Shown piece by piece: positions 32,166-41,141 of a DNA stretch of 64,000 nucleotides (within the stretch, counting starts at the first letter, position 1; every line of letters begins with the position of its first letter). Source of the DNA: Patescibacteria group bacterium (GTDB lineage: Bacteria > Patescibacteriota > Minisyncoccia > Phycocordibacterales > PALSA-1337); contig JAGWLA010000004.1 of the NCBI GenBank assembly GCA_028865095.1, forward strand, positions 8,428 to 72,427. Direction: 5' to 3'. Under the pieces are notes generated by a model, which was not told the DNA's origin, ran no database searches, and saw only the letters and a list, made by a program, of their open reading frames with translations. Both the position numbers and the translations under genes were made by a program.

Positions 32166-34325
32166 TTACCTATTTTTTCTGCCAGGCATCCTTCTTACCT
32201 TCACCCCCACCTTCTCCTGCAGCTTGAACAGCTCATCGCGTATCAGCGCCGCGGTCTCGAAATCGAGCGCTTTGACAGCCTCGGCCATCTGCTCCTCCTT
32301 CATGCGCATGAGCTTCTTGGGGTCGGTGCGCATCAGCTCTTCGTCGATGCGGACCATGTCGCCGACGGCTTTCTCGTGCTCGGTGCGGAGCTGGTCGGTG
32401 ATGTCGTGGATCTTCTTGTGTATCGTCTGCGGGGTGATGCCGTGCTCCTTGTTGTAGGCGACCTGGATGGCGCGGCGGCGGTCGGTCTCCTTGATGGCGT
32501 TGTCCATGGAGCCGGTCAGGACGTCGGCGTAGAGGATGACCCGGCCGGCGGCGTTGCGGGCGGCGCGGCCGATGGTCTGGATGAGGGCGGTCTCGGAGCG
32601 CAGGAAGCCTTCCTTGTCGGCGTCCAGTATGCCGATAAGCGACACTTCAGGAAGGTCCAGGCCTTCGCGCAGGAGGTTGACGCCGACCAGGATGTCGTAC
32701 TTCCCTTTCCGGAAGTCAGTCAGGATGGTGATGCGCTCGATGGTCTTGACGTCGCTATGAAGGTACGCGGCCTTGATGTCCTTCTCCTTGAGGAATTCGG
32801 AGAGGTCTTCGGCCATCTTCTTGGTGAGGGTGGTGGCAAGGACGCGGTCGCCTTTCTTGATGGTCTTCTCGGCTTCCTCGATGAAGTCGAATATCTGGCC
32901 TTTATAGGGAGTCCGGGCACGTTCTCCCTCAGCGAACGGATGTCGCGCCTGCTGGCGCGCATCCTCGTTCTCGGACGCCTTCGCGTCCTCCGAAAGTCGC
33001 TTCGGGAGAAGTGCCCCAGACTCCCTGATCGGCCTGATCTCCACTTCAGGATCGACGAGGCCCGTCGGACGGATCACCTGCTCGACGGTCTGCCGGGCGG
33101 TCTCCTTCTCGTACGGCCCCGGGGTGGCGGAGGTGTAGATCATGGGGCCGACGCGCTCGAGGAACTCCGGGAATTTGAGCGGGCGGTTGTCCTTGGCGGA
33201 CGGCAGGCGGAAGCCGTGCTCGATGAGGGTCTCCTTGCGCGACGCGTCGCCGGCATACATGCCGTTCAGCTGGGGGATGGTGACGTGCGACTCGTCGATG
33301 ATGGTCAGGAAGCCAGGCTTGCCGTCCTTGTCGCGGGGGAAATACGAGAGCAGGGTGTCCGGCGGCTCCCCGGGCATCTTGCCGGAGAAATGGCGGGAGT
33401 AGTTCTCGATGCCGTTGGCGTAGCCGATCTCCTTGATCATGGAGAGGTCGTACTTCACCCGGCGCTTGAGGCGCTCGGCTTCGAGCGGCTTCCCCGCCTT
33501 CTCGAGGGCTTTGAGCCGGTCGGCGAGCTCGGCCTGGATGGTCTTGTAGGCCCGCTCGCTCTGCTCGTCCGACGAGATGAAATGCTTGGCCGGGAACACG
33601 AAGACGGCGTCATGCGTCCCTCTGACGGCGCGGGAGACAGGGTCGAGCTCGACGATCGGGCGGAGGACGGGGCCGTCGTATTCGACGCGGTATATGGTCT
33701 TGTCGCTGACCGGCATGATCTCGACGGTGTTGCCGAGGGCGCGGAACTCGCCCGACTTCAGGTCGGCCGTGGTGCGGACGAAATGGATGTCGATGAGCTT
33801 GCGGATGAGCTCGGCCCGCGACAGCCCCATGCCCGCTTTCAGCTTCAGATTCACCTTCTCGTACTCTTCGGGCGAGCCCAAGCCGTATATGCACGAGACC
33901 GACGCCACGATGATCACGTCTTTGCGGGTCAGCAGCGCCTGGGTGGAGGCGTGGCGCAGCCGCTCGATCTCCTCGTTGATCATGGCCTCCTTCTCGATGT
34001 AGGTGTCCGACGAGGGAATATATGCCTCTGGCTGGTAGTAGTCGTAATAGGAGACGAAATAGTGGACGGCGTTGTCCGGGAAGAACTCGCGGTACTCTTG
34101 GGCGAGCTGGGCGGCGAGGGTTTTGTTATGGGCGATGACGAGAGTGGGCTTACCGTACGCGGCGATGACGTTGGCGGCCGTGAAGGTCTTGCCCGAGCCG
34201 GTCACGCCGAGCAGGGTCTGGCGGTCATAGCCTTTCGCCAGGCCTTCGGTCAGGGCGGCGATGGCTTTGGGCTGGTCGCCGGCGGGCGACAGAGCGGTGG
34301 CGAGGGTGAAAGGGGTCTTCGGCAT
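32166..34325 (-). CDS. uvrB: Excinuclease ABC subunit B
   Basis: Start at MPKTPFTLATALSPAGDQPKAI (matches the UvrB N-terminus); helicase motifs GVTGSGKT, beta-hairpin region, C-terminal UvrB/UvrC interaction domain. The track start at 34376 adds 17 aa. Confidence 0.9.
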   Translation of the reverse strand: MPKTPFTLATALSPAGDQPKAIAALTEGLAKGYDRQTLLGVTGSGKTFTAANVIAAYGKPTLVIAHNKTLAAQLAQEYREFFPDNAVHYFVSYYDYYQPEAYIPSSDTYIEKEAMINEEIERLRHASTQALLTRKDVIIVASVSCIYGLGSPEEYEKVNLKLKAGMGLSRAELIRKLIDIHFVRTTADLKSGEFRALGNTVEIMPVSDKTIYRVEYDGPVLRPIVELDPVSRAVRGTHDAVFVFPAKHFISSDEQSERAYKTIQAELADRLKALEKAGKPLEAERLKRRVKYDLSMIKEIGYANGIENYSRHFSGKMPGEPPDTLLSYFPRDKDGKPGFLTIIDESHVTIPQLNGMYAGDASRKETLIEHGFRLPSAKDNRPLKFPEFLERVGPMIYTSATPGPYEKETARQTVEQVIRPTGLVDPEVEIRPIRESGALLPKRLSEDAKASENEDARQQARHPFAEGERARTPYKGQIFDFIEEAEKTIKKGDRVLATTLTKKMAEDLSEFLKEKDIKAAYLHSDVKTIERITILTDFRKGKYDILVGVNLLREGLDLPEVSLIGILDADKEGFLRSETALIQTIGRAARNAAGRVILYADVLTGSMDNAIKETDRRRAIQVAYNKEHGITPQTIHKKIHDITDQLRTEHEKAVGDMVRIDEELMRTDPKKLMRMKEEQMAEAVKALDFETAALIRDELFKLQEKVGVKVRRMPGRKNR

Positions 34326-34716
34326 GCGACCACTATAGCGCATCGGCCGCATTCGGCAAACAAAAAACCGGCGCACAGGGCACCGGCTGGGGCGGGCTCG
34401 GAGAGCGCGATGGCATCCTCAAGGGACGCATCGATCGCTGCTCTCCGGCCCGCCGGACATCAGTCTCCTCCGCCATTCAGGCCGGGGAATCGCTCTTCGT
34501 CGGACGGGTCCGTCGGACCGATCCCTGAAGGCGCTTCAGCGGTGCGGATGGGGTGCGGATCTTCCGGCTCGCATACAGGAGCCGGGTCGGCAGATCCGTT
34601 GTTCGCAAAAGCCAAGCCTTGGCCTTGCGAATGTCGTGGATTAGTTGGCATGATAATGTGCTCTGCTCATTTCGTCCTCGCTCCCATAGGCTTATGCCGA
34701 CGAGACGGACGAAAAG

Positions 34717-34745
34717 GGGTTCCGGAGGTCCGGAACCCGTTTTTG
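34717..34745 (+). terminator. Rho-independent terminator (GGGTTCCGGA-gg-TCCGGAACCC + GTTTTTG) ending a plus-strand transcript divergent from uvrB
   Basis: 10-bp perfect stem plus T5; no convincing plus-strand CDS upstream (see findings). Confidence 0.55.
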
Positions 34746-34899
34746 TAACTAAGAGAGTCTGGTTACAAAGACCGGCTCCTGACCTTCCCGTCGTACCCGA
34801 CGGAGAGGTTGAGGAGCTTAAAAGACGAGATCTTTGCGGCCATTCGTGCCATGCCGAGAATGGTACTCCTCGCGATTGCGGCGCGCAAGGGCGATTGTG

Positions 34900-34945
34900 G
34901 ATAATAAAAACACCCCCCGAACTTTCGGAAGGGTGTGGATGGACG
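34900..34945 (-). terminator. Rho-independent terminator after the 34961..35536 gene (CACCCUUCC-gaaag-UUCGGGGGGUG + UGUUUUUAUUAU)
   Basis: Stem-loop followed by a U-rich tract on the minus strand, 15 nt past the stop codon. Confidence 0.5.
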
Positions 34946-34960
34946 CGCCGCAGAGGCGCG

Positions 34961-35536
34961 TCACGAGGCTTCTTTCATGTTCCTGATGAGCTGCTGGATG
35001 TCCCGGGCGCTGAAGGTCACCTTGTTTTCAAGGTAATACCGCGCCTGCGAGACCATCTTTTCGAGCTTCGAGAGCGAGCGCGGGCCCTCGATCTCCATGA
35101 GCGTCATGAACCAGAGGACCTGGCCCGTGTCGACGCCCGGAATGCTCGCGATGCTCTCAAGGGCCTCGATCTGCCGGAACGGCGGGATCGACCTGAAAGC
35201 CTGGATGATCGGCCCGTTCGCCGGCGTGTCTTCGACGGGTATGCCGAACAGCTCGTCATGGACGCGCGGCATCTGGAGCCGTGCCAGCAGCACGTAGAGC
35301 TGATAAAGCCGCTCGAAGCGCATGCCGACTATCGGCTTCTGGAACAGGATGCACGCCAAGCGGCGCTTCGCGGCTGCCGAAGGCGGCGCCCACGCGGCGT
35401 CGCACAGCGCATCGACGATGGCTGTCTGGTCGCGGTTGGAGCTGAGCTCCAGCTTCTTTAAGATCTCCGGCCGATGAGCGTCATCAGCCTGAGCGTATTT
35501 GCCGAGCATCCCGGCGAAGGTCTGATCTTCACTCAT
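34961..35536 (-). CDS. Hypothetical protein (~191 aa)
   Basis: Coding-like; start taken at MSEDQTFAGML; no family recognised. Confidence 0.45.
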   Translation of the reverse strand: MSEDQTFAGMLGKYAQADDAHRPEILKKLELSSNRDQTAIVDALCDAAWAPPSAAAKRRLACILFQKPIVGMRFERLYQLYVLLARLQMPRVHDELFGIPVEDTPANGPIIQAFRSIPPFRQIEALESIASIPGVDTGQVLWFMTLMEIEGPRSLSKLEKMVSQARYYLENKVTFSARDIQQLIRNMKEAS

Positions 35537-35635
35537 ATAGCCTTTTTTAGTTGTGGTGAACCCCTGGCCGTTGCGGCCTCCCGGCATCAGTCAAGCACGG
35601 AATGTAGAAAAAGGCAAGACCGCCGAGCGGAAGGG

Positions 35636-36664
35636 CTACGGCTTCCGGAGGATGGCTTTGCGGGCGGCGTCGCGGATATGCTTCTCGCCCATGCCGTAGT
35701 GCTCGATGAGCTCGGCGGGAGCGCCCGACTGGCCGAATTGGTCGCGGACGCCGATGAACTCGATCGGCACCGGGCGATGGGCGGCCAGGAGCTCGGCTAC
35801 GGCCGAGCCCATGCCTCCGGCGACCTGGTGCTCTTCGACGGCGACGATCGCCCCCGCGTCGTGCGCCAGGCGGACGATCGCGTCGCCATCGAGCGGCTTG
35901 ATGGTGGAAAGGTTCATGACCGCCGCGCGGATGCCCTTCCCGTCGAGCTCGCGCGCAGCCATCAAGGCTTTATGGAGCAGGGCTCCGGTGGCGATGATGC
36001 CTACGTCAAAGCCATGCTTCGCGCCGCTCGGCCTCTTCCCTTCCCGGACCGCGCTCCTGAACGCGATCCACGCCTTGCCGATGGCGAACGGCGTCTCGTC
36101 GGTCGTGATGAGGGGCGTCTTCTCGCGGGCGAGGCGGATATAGGTCGGGTCGGGAGTCTTGGCGGCGGCGAGGGTGGCTTTGCGCGCCTCGATGGCGTCG
36201 CACGGCGATATGACGACCATGCGCGGGATGACCCTGGTGAGGGCGATGTCTTCGATGGCTTGGTGCGTGCCGCCGTCGGGCCCGACGGAGACGCCCGCAT
36301 GGGACCCGGCGATCTTCACGGGCACGTTGTTATAGGCGATGGTCGTGCGGATCTGCTCCCAATTCCTGCCCGGCGAGAACATGGCGTACGACGTGATGAA
36401 GGGGATCTTGCCCATATGGGCCATGCCCGACGCCGTCGCCGCCAGGTTCTGCTCGGCCACGCCGATCTCGATGAAGCGCTCCGGGAACGCGGCCGCGAAC
36501 ATGTTCATGTGAGTGGAGTCGGTCAAGTCCGCGCAGAGGCCCACCACCCGCTTGTCAGCCTTCCCTGCCAGCAGGAGGCCTTCGCCGAAGCCTTTGCGGA
36601 TCGGCTGCATATCGACGTCGGGGTCGAAGAGCTTGGGGTTGAGATTGAGGCCGGGGTCGATCAT
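35636..36664 (-). CDS. tktB: Transketolase, C-terminal subunit (pyrimidine-binding + C-terminal domains)
   Basis: Start at MIDPGLNLNPKLFD, a few nt after the N-subunit stop; IGVAEQNLAATASGMA... transketolase Pyr domain. Confidence 0.85.
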   Translation of the reverse strand: MIDPGLNLNPKLFDPDVDMQPIRKGFGEGLLLAGKADKRVVGLCADLTDSTHMNMFAAAFPERFIEIGVAEQNLAATASGMAHMGKIPFITSYAMFSPGRNWEQIRTTIAYNNVPVKIAGSHAGVSVGPDGGTHQAIEDIALTRVIPRMVVISPCDAIEARKATLAAAKTPDPTYIRLAREKTPLITTDETPFAIGKAWIAFRSAVREGKRPSGAKHGFDVGIIATGALLHKALMAARELDGKGIRAAVMNLSTIKPLDGDAIVRLAHDAGAIVAVEEHQVAGGMGSAVAELLAAHRPVPIEFIGVRDQFGQSGAPAELIEHYGMGEKHIRDAARKAILRKP

Positions 36665-36669
36665 ATGGT

Positions 36670-37521
36670 TCAGCGGGGACCGATGCCGAGCGCTTGGCGC
36701 GCGGTGCGGATCTCTTCCGGCGTCGTCGGAGGCTTGCCATGCCACTCGAACTTGCGCTCGAAAGCGGGGACGCCCTTCGAAGCGATGGTATGGGCGATGA
36801 CGACCGTCGGCTTCTCGAAGACGGCCTGGGCTTCGCCCACCGCCCGGTCGATGTCGCGGAAGTCATGCCCGTCGCACTCGACCACGTGCCAGTTGAACGA
36901 GCGCCACTTGTCGGCGATCGGCTCGAGCGGCATGACGTCTTCGGTGAAGCCGTCGATCTGGATGTTGTTGCGGTCGACGATGGCGGTCAGGCTCCGGAGC
37001 TTCTCTTTGCCCGCGAGCATGACGGCCTCCCAGTTGTTCCCCTCGTCGAGCTCGCCGTCGCCGGTCAGGCAGTAGAAGCGCCTTCCCGACGAGCGGCCGT
37101 TGTCGATCCGGTCGGCGAGGGCCATGCCCACGGCCTGGGAGAGCCCGCACCCCAGCGGGCCGGACGACGTCTCCAGCATCGGCAAAAAGTCGCGATGCGG
37201 ATGGCCTTGGAGCCTGCTCCCGAATTTACGCAGGGTCATGAGCTCGGAGACCGGGAAATAGCCGGCATGGGCCATCGTCGCATAGAGGACCGGGCAGATG
37301 TGGCCGTTCGAGAGCACGAGCCGGTCGCGGTATTCCCAGCCTGGCTTCTTCGGGTCGTGCTTCAAGGCGTGGAAATAGAGGTACGCGAATATGTCGGCCA
37401 TGTCGAGCGGCCCGGCCGTGTGGCCGGACTTCGCTTCGATGAGCATCTCGACGATGGAGCGCCGGATGTCGAGCGCCTTTTCCGCGAGGAGAGCGATCTT
37501 CTGGTCGGTTAAAGGGGTCAT
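36670..37521 (-). CDS. tktA: Transketolase, N-terminal subunit (TPP-binding)
   Basis: GHTAGPLDMADIF..., GDGELDEGNNWEA TPP-binding motif; 283 aa; split-type transketolase. Confidence 0.85.
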   Translation of the reverse strand: MTPLTDQKIALLAEKALDIRRSIVEMLIEAKSGHTAGPLDMADIFAYLYFHALKHDPKKPGWEYRDRLVLSNGHICPVLYATMAHAGYFPVSELMTLRKFGSRLQGHPHRDFLPMLETSSGPLGCGLSQAVGMALADRIDNGRSSGRRFYCLTGDGELDEGNNWEAVMLAGKEKLRSLTAIVDRNNIQIDGFTEDVMPLEPIADKWRSFNWHVVECDGHDFRDIDRAVGEAQAVFEKPTVVIAHTIASKGVPAFERKFEWHGKPPTTPEEIRTARQALGIGPR

Positions 37522-37536
37522 TTCCCTCCGATTATA

Positions 37537-38229
37537 TCACGAAGAGGCGATGGCTTTCAGCTTGGCAAATGCGTTGAGGGGGTCGCTCGTCCCGAATATG
37601 GCCGACCCGACGACCAGCCGGTCGGCGCCCGCGGCGATCAGGGCCGGGATGGTCTCGGACGACGCTCCGCCGTCGACGGATATCGGCAAGCCGGGATAGG
37701 CGAGGCGGACCTGCTTGACGCGGCCGATGACCCGCTCGTCGAAAGCCTGGCCCTGGAAGCCGATCCTGTCGATGCCCATGAGCTGCACGAAGGAGAGCGC
37801 GCCGGATGCGCCGCCGAGGGCTTCGATCGCGGAAAGGTCGGTGCTCTCGTTCAAAGCCAGGCCGACTTCGACGCGGCCTTGCAGCATGGCGATGGCCTTG
37901 GCGAGGTCGCCTTTCGATTCGGCGTGGATGACCAGGCGCGCCGCTCCCGCCGCCACCCAGTCGTCGACGACCTCTTCCGGGCGGTTGACCATCAGGTCGA
38001 ACTCATAGTCCATGTCTTCCCATCCGGGCAGCCCTTCCTCCTCATGGGACATCCGCTCGAACGCGTCGTCATGCTTCTTGTAGGGCCACGTGGCGTTCGG
38101 CACGAATTGGCCGTCGCAGACGTCCACTTGGATGGCCGCGGCGGACCCTCTCATGAGTTCGGCCTTCTCCGAGAGCTCGGCGAAGTCCTTCGGCAATATG
38201 GCGGGCACTATCTGGGCGCGGCGGCTCAT
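37537..38229 (-). CDS. rpe: Ribulose-phosphate 3-epimerase
   Basis: TIM-barrel RPE motifs (VDVCDGQFVPN..., ...VDGG...); 230 aa. Confidence 0.85.
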   Translation of the reverse strand: MSRRAQIVPAILPKDFAELSEKAELMRGSAAAIQVDVCDGQFVPNATWPYKKHDDAFERMSHEEEGLPGWEDMDYEFDLMVNRPEEVVDDWVAAGAARLVIHAESKGDLAKAIAMLQGRVEVGLALNESTDLSAIEALGGASGALSFVQLMGIDRIGFQGQAFDERVIGRVKQVRLAYPGLPISVDGGASSETIPALIAAGADRLVVGSAIFGTSDPLNAFAKLKAIASS

Positions 38230-38230
38230 C

Positions 38231-38710
38231 TCATTCGATGCTGTCGATCTCCTTGATCCTGCGCGCGTGACGCTCCTCGCCGGAGAAAGGGGTGTCGAGC
38301 CATAGCCCGACCGCCCTCACGGCCTCCTTCTCGTCCATGAAGCGGGCGCCGAGCGAGAGGACGTTGGCGTCGTTATGCTGGCGCGATAGGGCGATGATGT
38401 CGTCGGCGCTATGGCCGCTGACGGTCGTACCGCCGTAGTAGACGACGGCCCGCACGCCGGGAAAACGGTTGGCGACGATGGCTTCGCCTTCCCCGGAGCC
38501 GCCGAGGATGACCGCTTTGGTCTGGCCGCTCATGTCCGACGCCACTTTCATGGCCGCGGCCGCCATGAATTCCGGATAGTCGTCTGCCTCGTCGTATCCA
38601 TGCGCCCCGACGTCGAGCGTCTGATAGCCTTTGGACTCCAAGAATGCCTTGACGGCCCCTTTGAGCTTGAAGCCGGCGTGGTCGGAAGCCAAGATGATGG
38701 TGGTCTTCAT
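38231..38710 (-). CDS. rpiB: Ribose-5-phosphate isomerase B
   Basis: MKTTIILASDHAGFKLK...; RpiB/LacAB fold; 159 aa. Confidence 0.9.
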   Translation of the reverse strand: MKTTIILASDHAGFKLKGAVKAFLESKGYQTLDVGAHGYDEADDYPEFMAAAAMKVASDMSGQTKAVILGGSGEGEAIVANRFPGVRAVVYYGGTTVSGHSADDIIALSRQHNDANVLSLGARFMDEKEAVRAVGLWLDTPFSGEERHARRIKEIDSIE

Positions 38711-38724
38711 GTCGAGGGATTATA

Positions 38725-39375
38725 TCATCTTTTTCCGTTCCATTCGGCGTCGAACTCCTCGAGGTATCTTTCTATGAATCTGTGCCGCCTGGCGGCGAGT
38801 CTTTTTCCGGTGCTTGTGTTCATGAGGTCCTTCACGTGCAGCAGCTTCTCGTAGAAGTGGTGGATGGTTGAGTCGGAGCCTTTTTTGTAATCCTCGAAGC
38901 TCCCGTCCTTCGTCCTGCCTGCCGGATCGAATAGCGGCCTGCCCTTGTAGCCTCCGTATGCGAACGCGCGCGCGACGCCGATCGCCCCGATGGCATCCAG
39001 CCTATCCGCGTCCTGCACGATCTTCCCTTCCAAGGAAGCCATCCCGTTCTTCTCGCCAAGGCCTTTGAATGAGACGTTGTCGACGATATGGCATACCGCA
39101 TCGGTCGTCGCGGGGTCGGCGCCGATCCCTTCGAGCCATTCCCGCGCCGCTTTGCCTCCGGCGGCGGCATCGCCGCCGTTGAATTTGAAATCGGCTATGT
39201 CGTGCAGCAAAGCTCCCAGCTCGACGATGAACGGATCGGCCCTCTCTTTTTTGTTGATGGCCAGAGCGCTATTGAGGACGCGCTCGATGTGCCACCAGTC
39301 ATGGCCGGTGCCTTCAGTCTCGAATTTCGAGCGGACATATCCTCTCGTTCTCTCGATGATCGCGCTCTTGTGCAT
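38725..39375 (-). CDS. HD-domain phosphohydrolase (YpgQ-like)
   Basis: HDWWHIERV...LLHDIAD HD motif; 216 aa. Confidence 0.7.
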   Translation of the reverse strand: MHKSAIIERTRGYVRSKFETEGTGHDWWHIERVLNSALAINKKERADPFIVELGALLHDIADFKFNGGDAAAGGKAAREWLEGIGADPATTDAVCHIVDNVSFKGLGEKNGMASLEGKIVQDADRLDAIGAIGVARAFAYGGYKGRPLFDPAGRTKDGSFEDYKKGSDSTIHHFYEKLLHVKDLMNTSTGKRLAARRHRFIERYLEEFDAEWNGKR

Positions 39376-39381
39376 AGGGGT

Positions 39382-40413
39382 TCACACCAGCCTCCCTGCT
39401 TTGATCACGTGATCCACGAGCGTGTAGGTATACCCCATCTCGTTGTCGTACCACCCGAGGACTTTGACCAGGTTGCCGTCGACGACGCGGGTCATCTCCA
39501 GGTCGGCGATCGACGCGTGGCGGTTGCCGATGATGTCGTGAGAGACGATGGGGTCTTCGGTGACGGCGAATATGCCGCTCCAGCGCGGCTCTGCCGCGGC
39601 TTTCTTCAGGATTGAATTGACCTCGTCGGCCGTGGTCGGGCGCTTGGAGATGAAGGTCACGTCCACGATCGAGCCGGTGACGACCGGCACGCGGATGGAT
39701 ATGCCGTCGAACTTCCCTTCGAGCTGGGTGGCCACTTTGGTCACGGCGATGGCGGCGCCGGTCGAGGACGGGACGACGTTCATGGCGGCGGCGCGGCCTT
39801 CGCGGAGGTCCTTCTTGGAAGGGCCGTCCACCAGGGCCTGGGAAGCGGTATAGGCATGGACGGTGTTCAGTATGGCCTTCTCGATGCCGATGGTCTCGTC
39901 GAGGATGGCGATGAGGGGCGAGCTGGCATTCGTCGTGCAGGAAGCGTTCGAAGAGATCTGGCACGTCTCGAGGGCGCCTTCATTCATGGCCATGAGGATG
40001 GTGGCGCCTTTGACCGCGGCGTCAGGCGCGTCCTTGATCGGGGCGGATATGACCACCCGCTTGGCGCCGGCGGCGATGTGGGCCTGGGCTTTCTCGGCCG
40101 ACGTGAAGAGGCCGGTCGACTCGATGACCACGTCGATGTCCATGGCTTTCCACGGGAGCTTGGCAGGGTCTTTCTCGGAGACGAACTGGATGGTCTGCCC
40201 GTCCATGGTGAGCGTCTTCTTCTCCTCGTCATAGGATACGTCGAAGGGGCTGACGCCGTAAGCGGTGTCGTATTTGAGGAGATAGGCGAAGCTCTTGAGG
40301 CTGCCGAGGTCATTCACGGCGACCAGCTCGATCTCCGGGCGCTCCTTGGAGACTTTAGCGAACGCTCGGCCGATGCGGCCGAAGCCATTGATGGCGACGC
40401 GGATCTTTTTCAT
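39382..40413 (-). CDS. gap: Glyceraldehyde-3-phosphate dehydrogenase
   Basis: IRVAINGFGRIGR Rossmann motif and active-site SNASCTTN; start at MKKIRVAING. Confidence 0.9.
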   Translation of the reverse strand: MKKIRVAINGFGRIGRAFAKVSKERPEIELVAVNDLGSLKSFAYLLKYDTAYGVSPFDVSYDEEKKTLTMDGQTIQFVSEKDPAKLPWKAMDIDVVIESTGLFTSAEKAQAHIAAGAKRVVISAPIKDAPDAAVKGATILMAMNEGALETCQISSNASCTTNASSPLIAILDETIGIEKAILNTVHAYTASQALVDGPSKKDLREGRAAAMNVVPSSTGAAIAVTKVATQLEGKFDGISIRVPVVTGSIVDVTFISKRPTTADEVNSILKKAAAEPRWSGIFAVTEDPIVSHDIIGNRHASIADLEMTRVVDGNLVKVLGWYDNEMGYTYTLVDHVIKAGRLV

Positions 40414-40544
40414 GGATGATATGGATGAAAGCTGATATGGCGGATGATGCTGTGCATCCCAGTATAACATATGCTATAACACCCATGATCGGTATCGTGT
40501 CAGATATTGATCTTTCAAAACAACGAATAGCAGGAGAACCAACG

Positions 40545-41069
40545 ATGAAAAGAAATAGCCGGAACAAGCGGCGGAAAGTGACGGTCGAAAGGGTCGTCAC
40601 CACGATCGACCACCCGACCAAGTACCTGTATATATTGGAGGCGGCTGACGACCTCGAGGGGATGGCTATGCGGGGAGAGATCTTCACATGCGACGACAGC
40701 CACGTCGAAGCGCATGCGATGCTCGGCTTCCCGATGATGAAGATGGCTGCTGAAGCGGCGGTCAGCGAGCTCACCGGATTGCTCGGCGTCGCCTTCGAAG
40801 TGACGGGCCCCGGAAAGCTTCAGGAACTGATCCGGGGAGCGCGGGCGTTCGCGCTGTCCATGAAGGAGCGTTACGACAGAGTGATCGAGAAGACCAAAAC
40901 AGACCCGGTCTTTTCCAAAGGGGCGCTCGGGTATGTCAGCCGGAGGCTACGTCACCACCAACAGATCGCGGTGGCCCATGCCGGCTTTATGAGGCGGCCA
41001 AGCAACGGAGCTCCGAATCTTCCGAGCCCAAGCCCCCAGGCTTATCTTCGCCGAGGCAAAGGCAGATGA
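40545..41069 (+). CDS. Hypothetical protein (~174 aa)
   Basis: Start at MKRNSRNKRRK with AGGAGA RBS upstream; the track start at 40416 is a likely over-extension. Confidence 0.45.
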   Translation: MKRNSRNKRRKVTVERVVTTIDHPTKYLYILEAADDLEGMAMRGEIFTCDDSHVEAHAMLGFPMMKMAAEAAVSELTGLLGVAFEVTGPGKLQELIRGARAFALSMKERYDRVIEKTKTDPVFSKGALGYVSRRLRHHQQIAVAHAGFMRRPSNGAPNLPSPSPQAYLRRGKGR

Positions 41070-41092
41070 TCGAAGAAAAGTCCTCTTCTTGA

Positions 41093-41126
41093 GCCAGAAC
41101 GGGCATCGTCCGTCCTGGCTTTTTTG
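41093..41126 (+). terminator. Rho-independent terminator (GCCAGAACGG-gcatcgt-CCGTCCTGGC + TTTTTTG)
   Basis: Imperfect 10-bp stem followed by T6, between convergent genes. Confidence 0.5.
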
Positions 41127-41141
41127 TTCCTTCCGGATGTC

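Noticed and set aside
34377-34745. RNase P RNA, tmRNA or SRP RNA in the terminated intergenic transcript
   Set aside because: Hallmarks are absent: GGAAAGUCCGG / ACAGAAACCCGGCUUA for RNase P, a tRNA-like CCA end plus tag ORF for tmRNA, the GGAA tetraloop domain IV motif for SRP.
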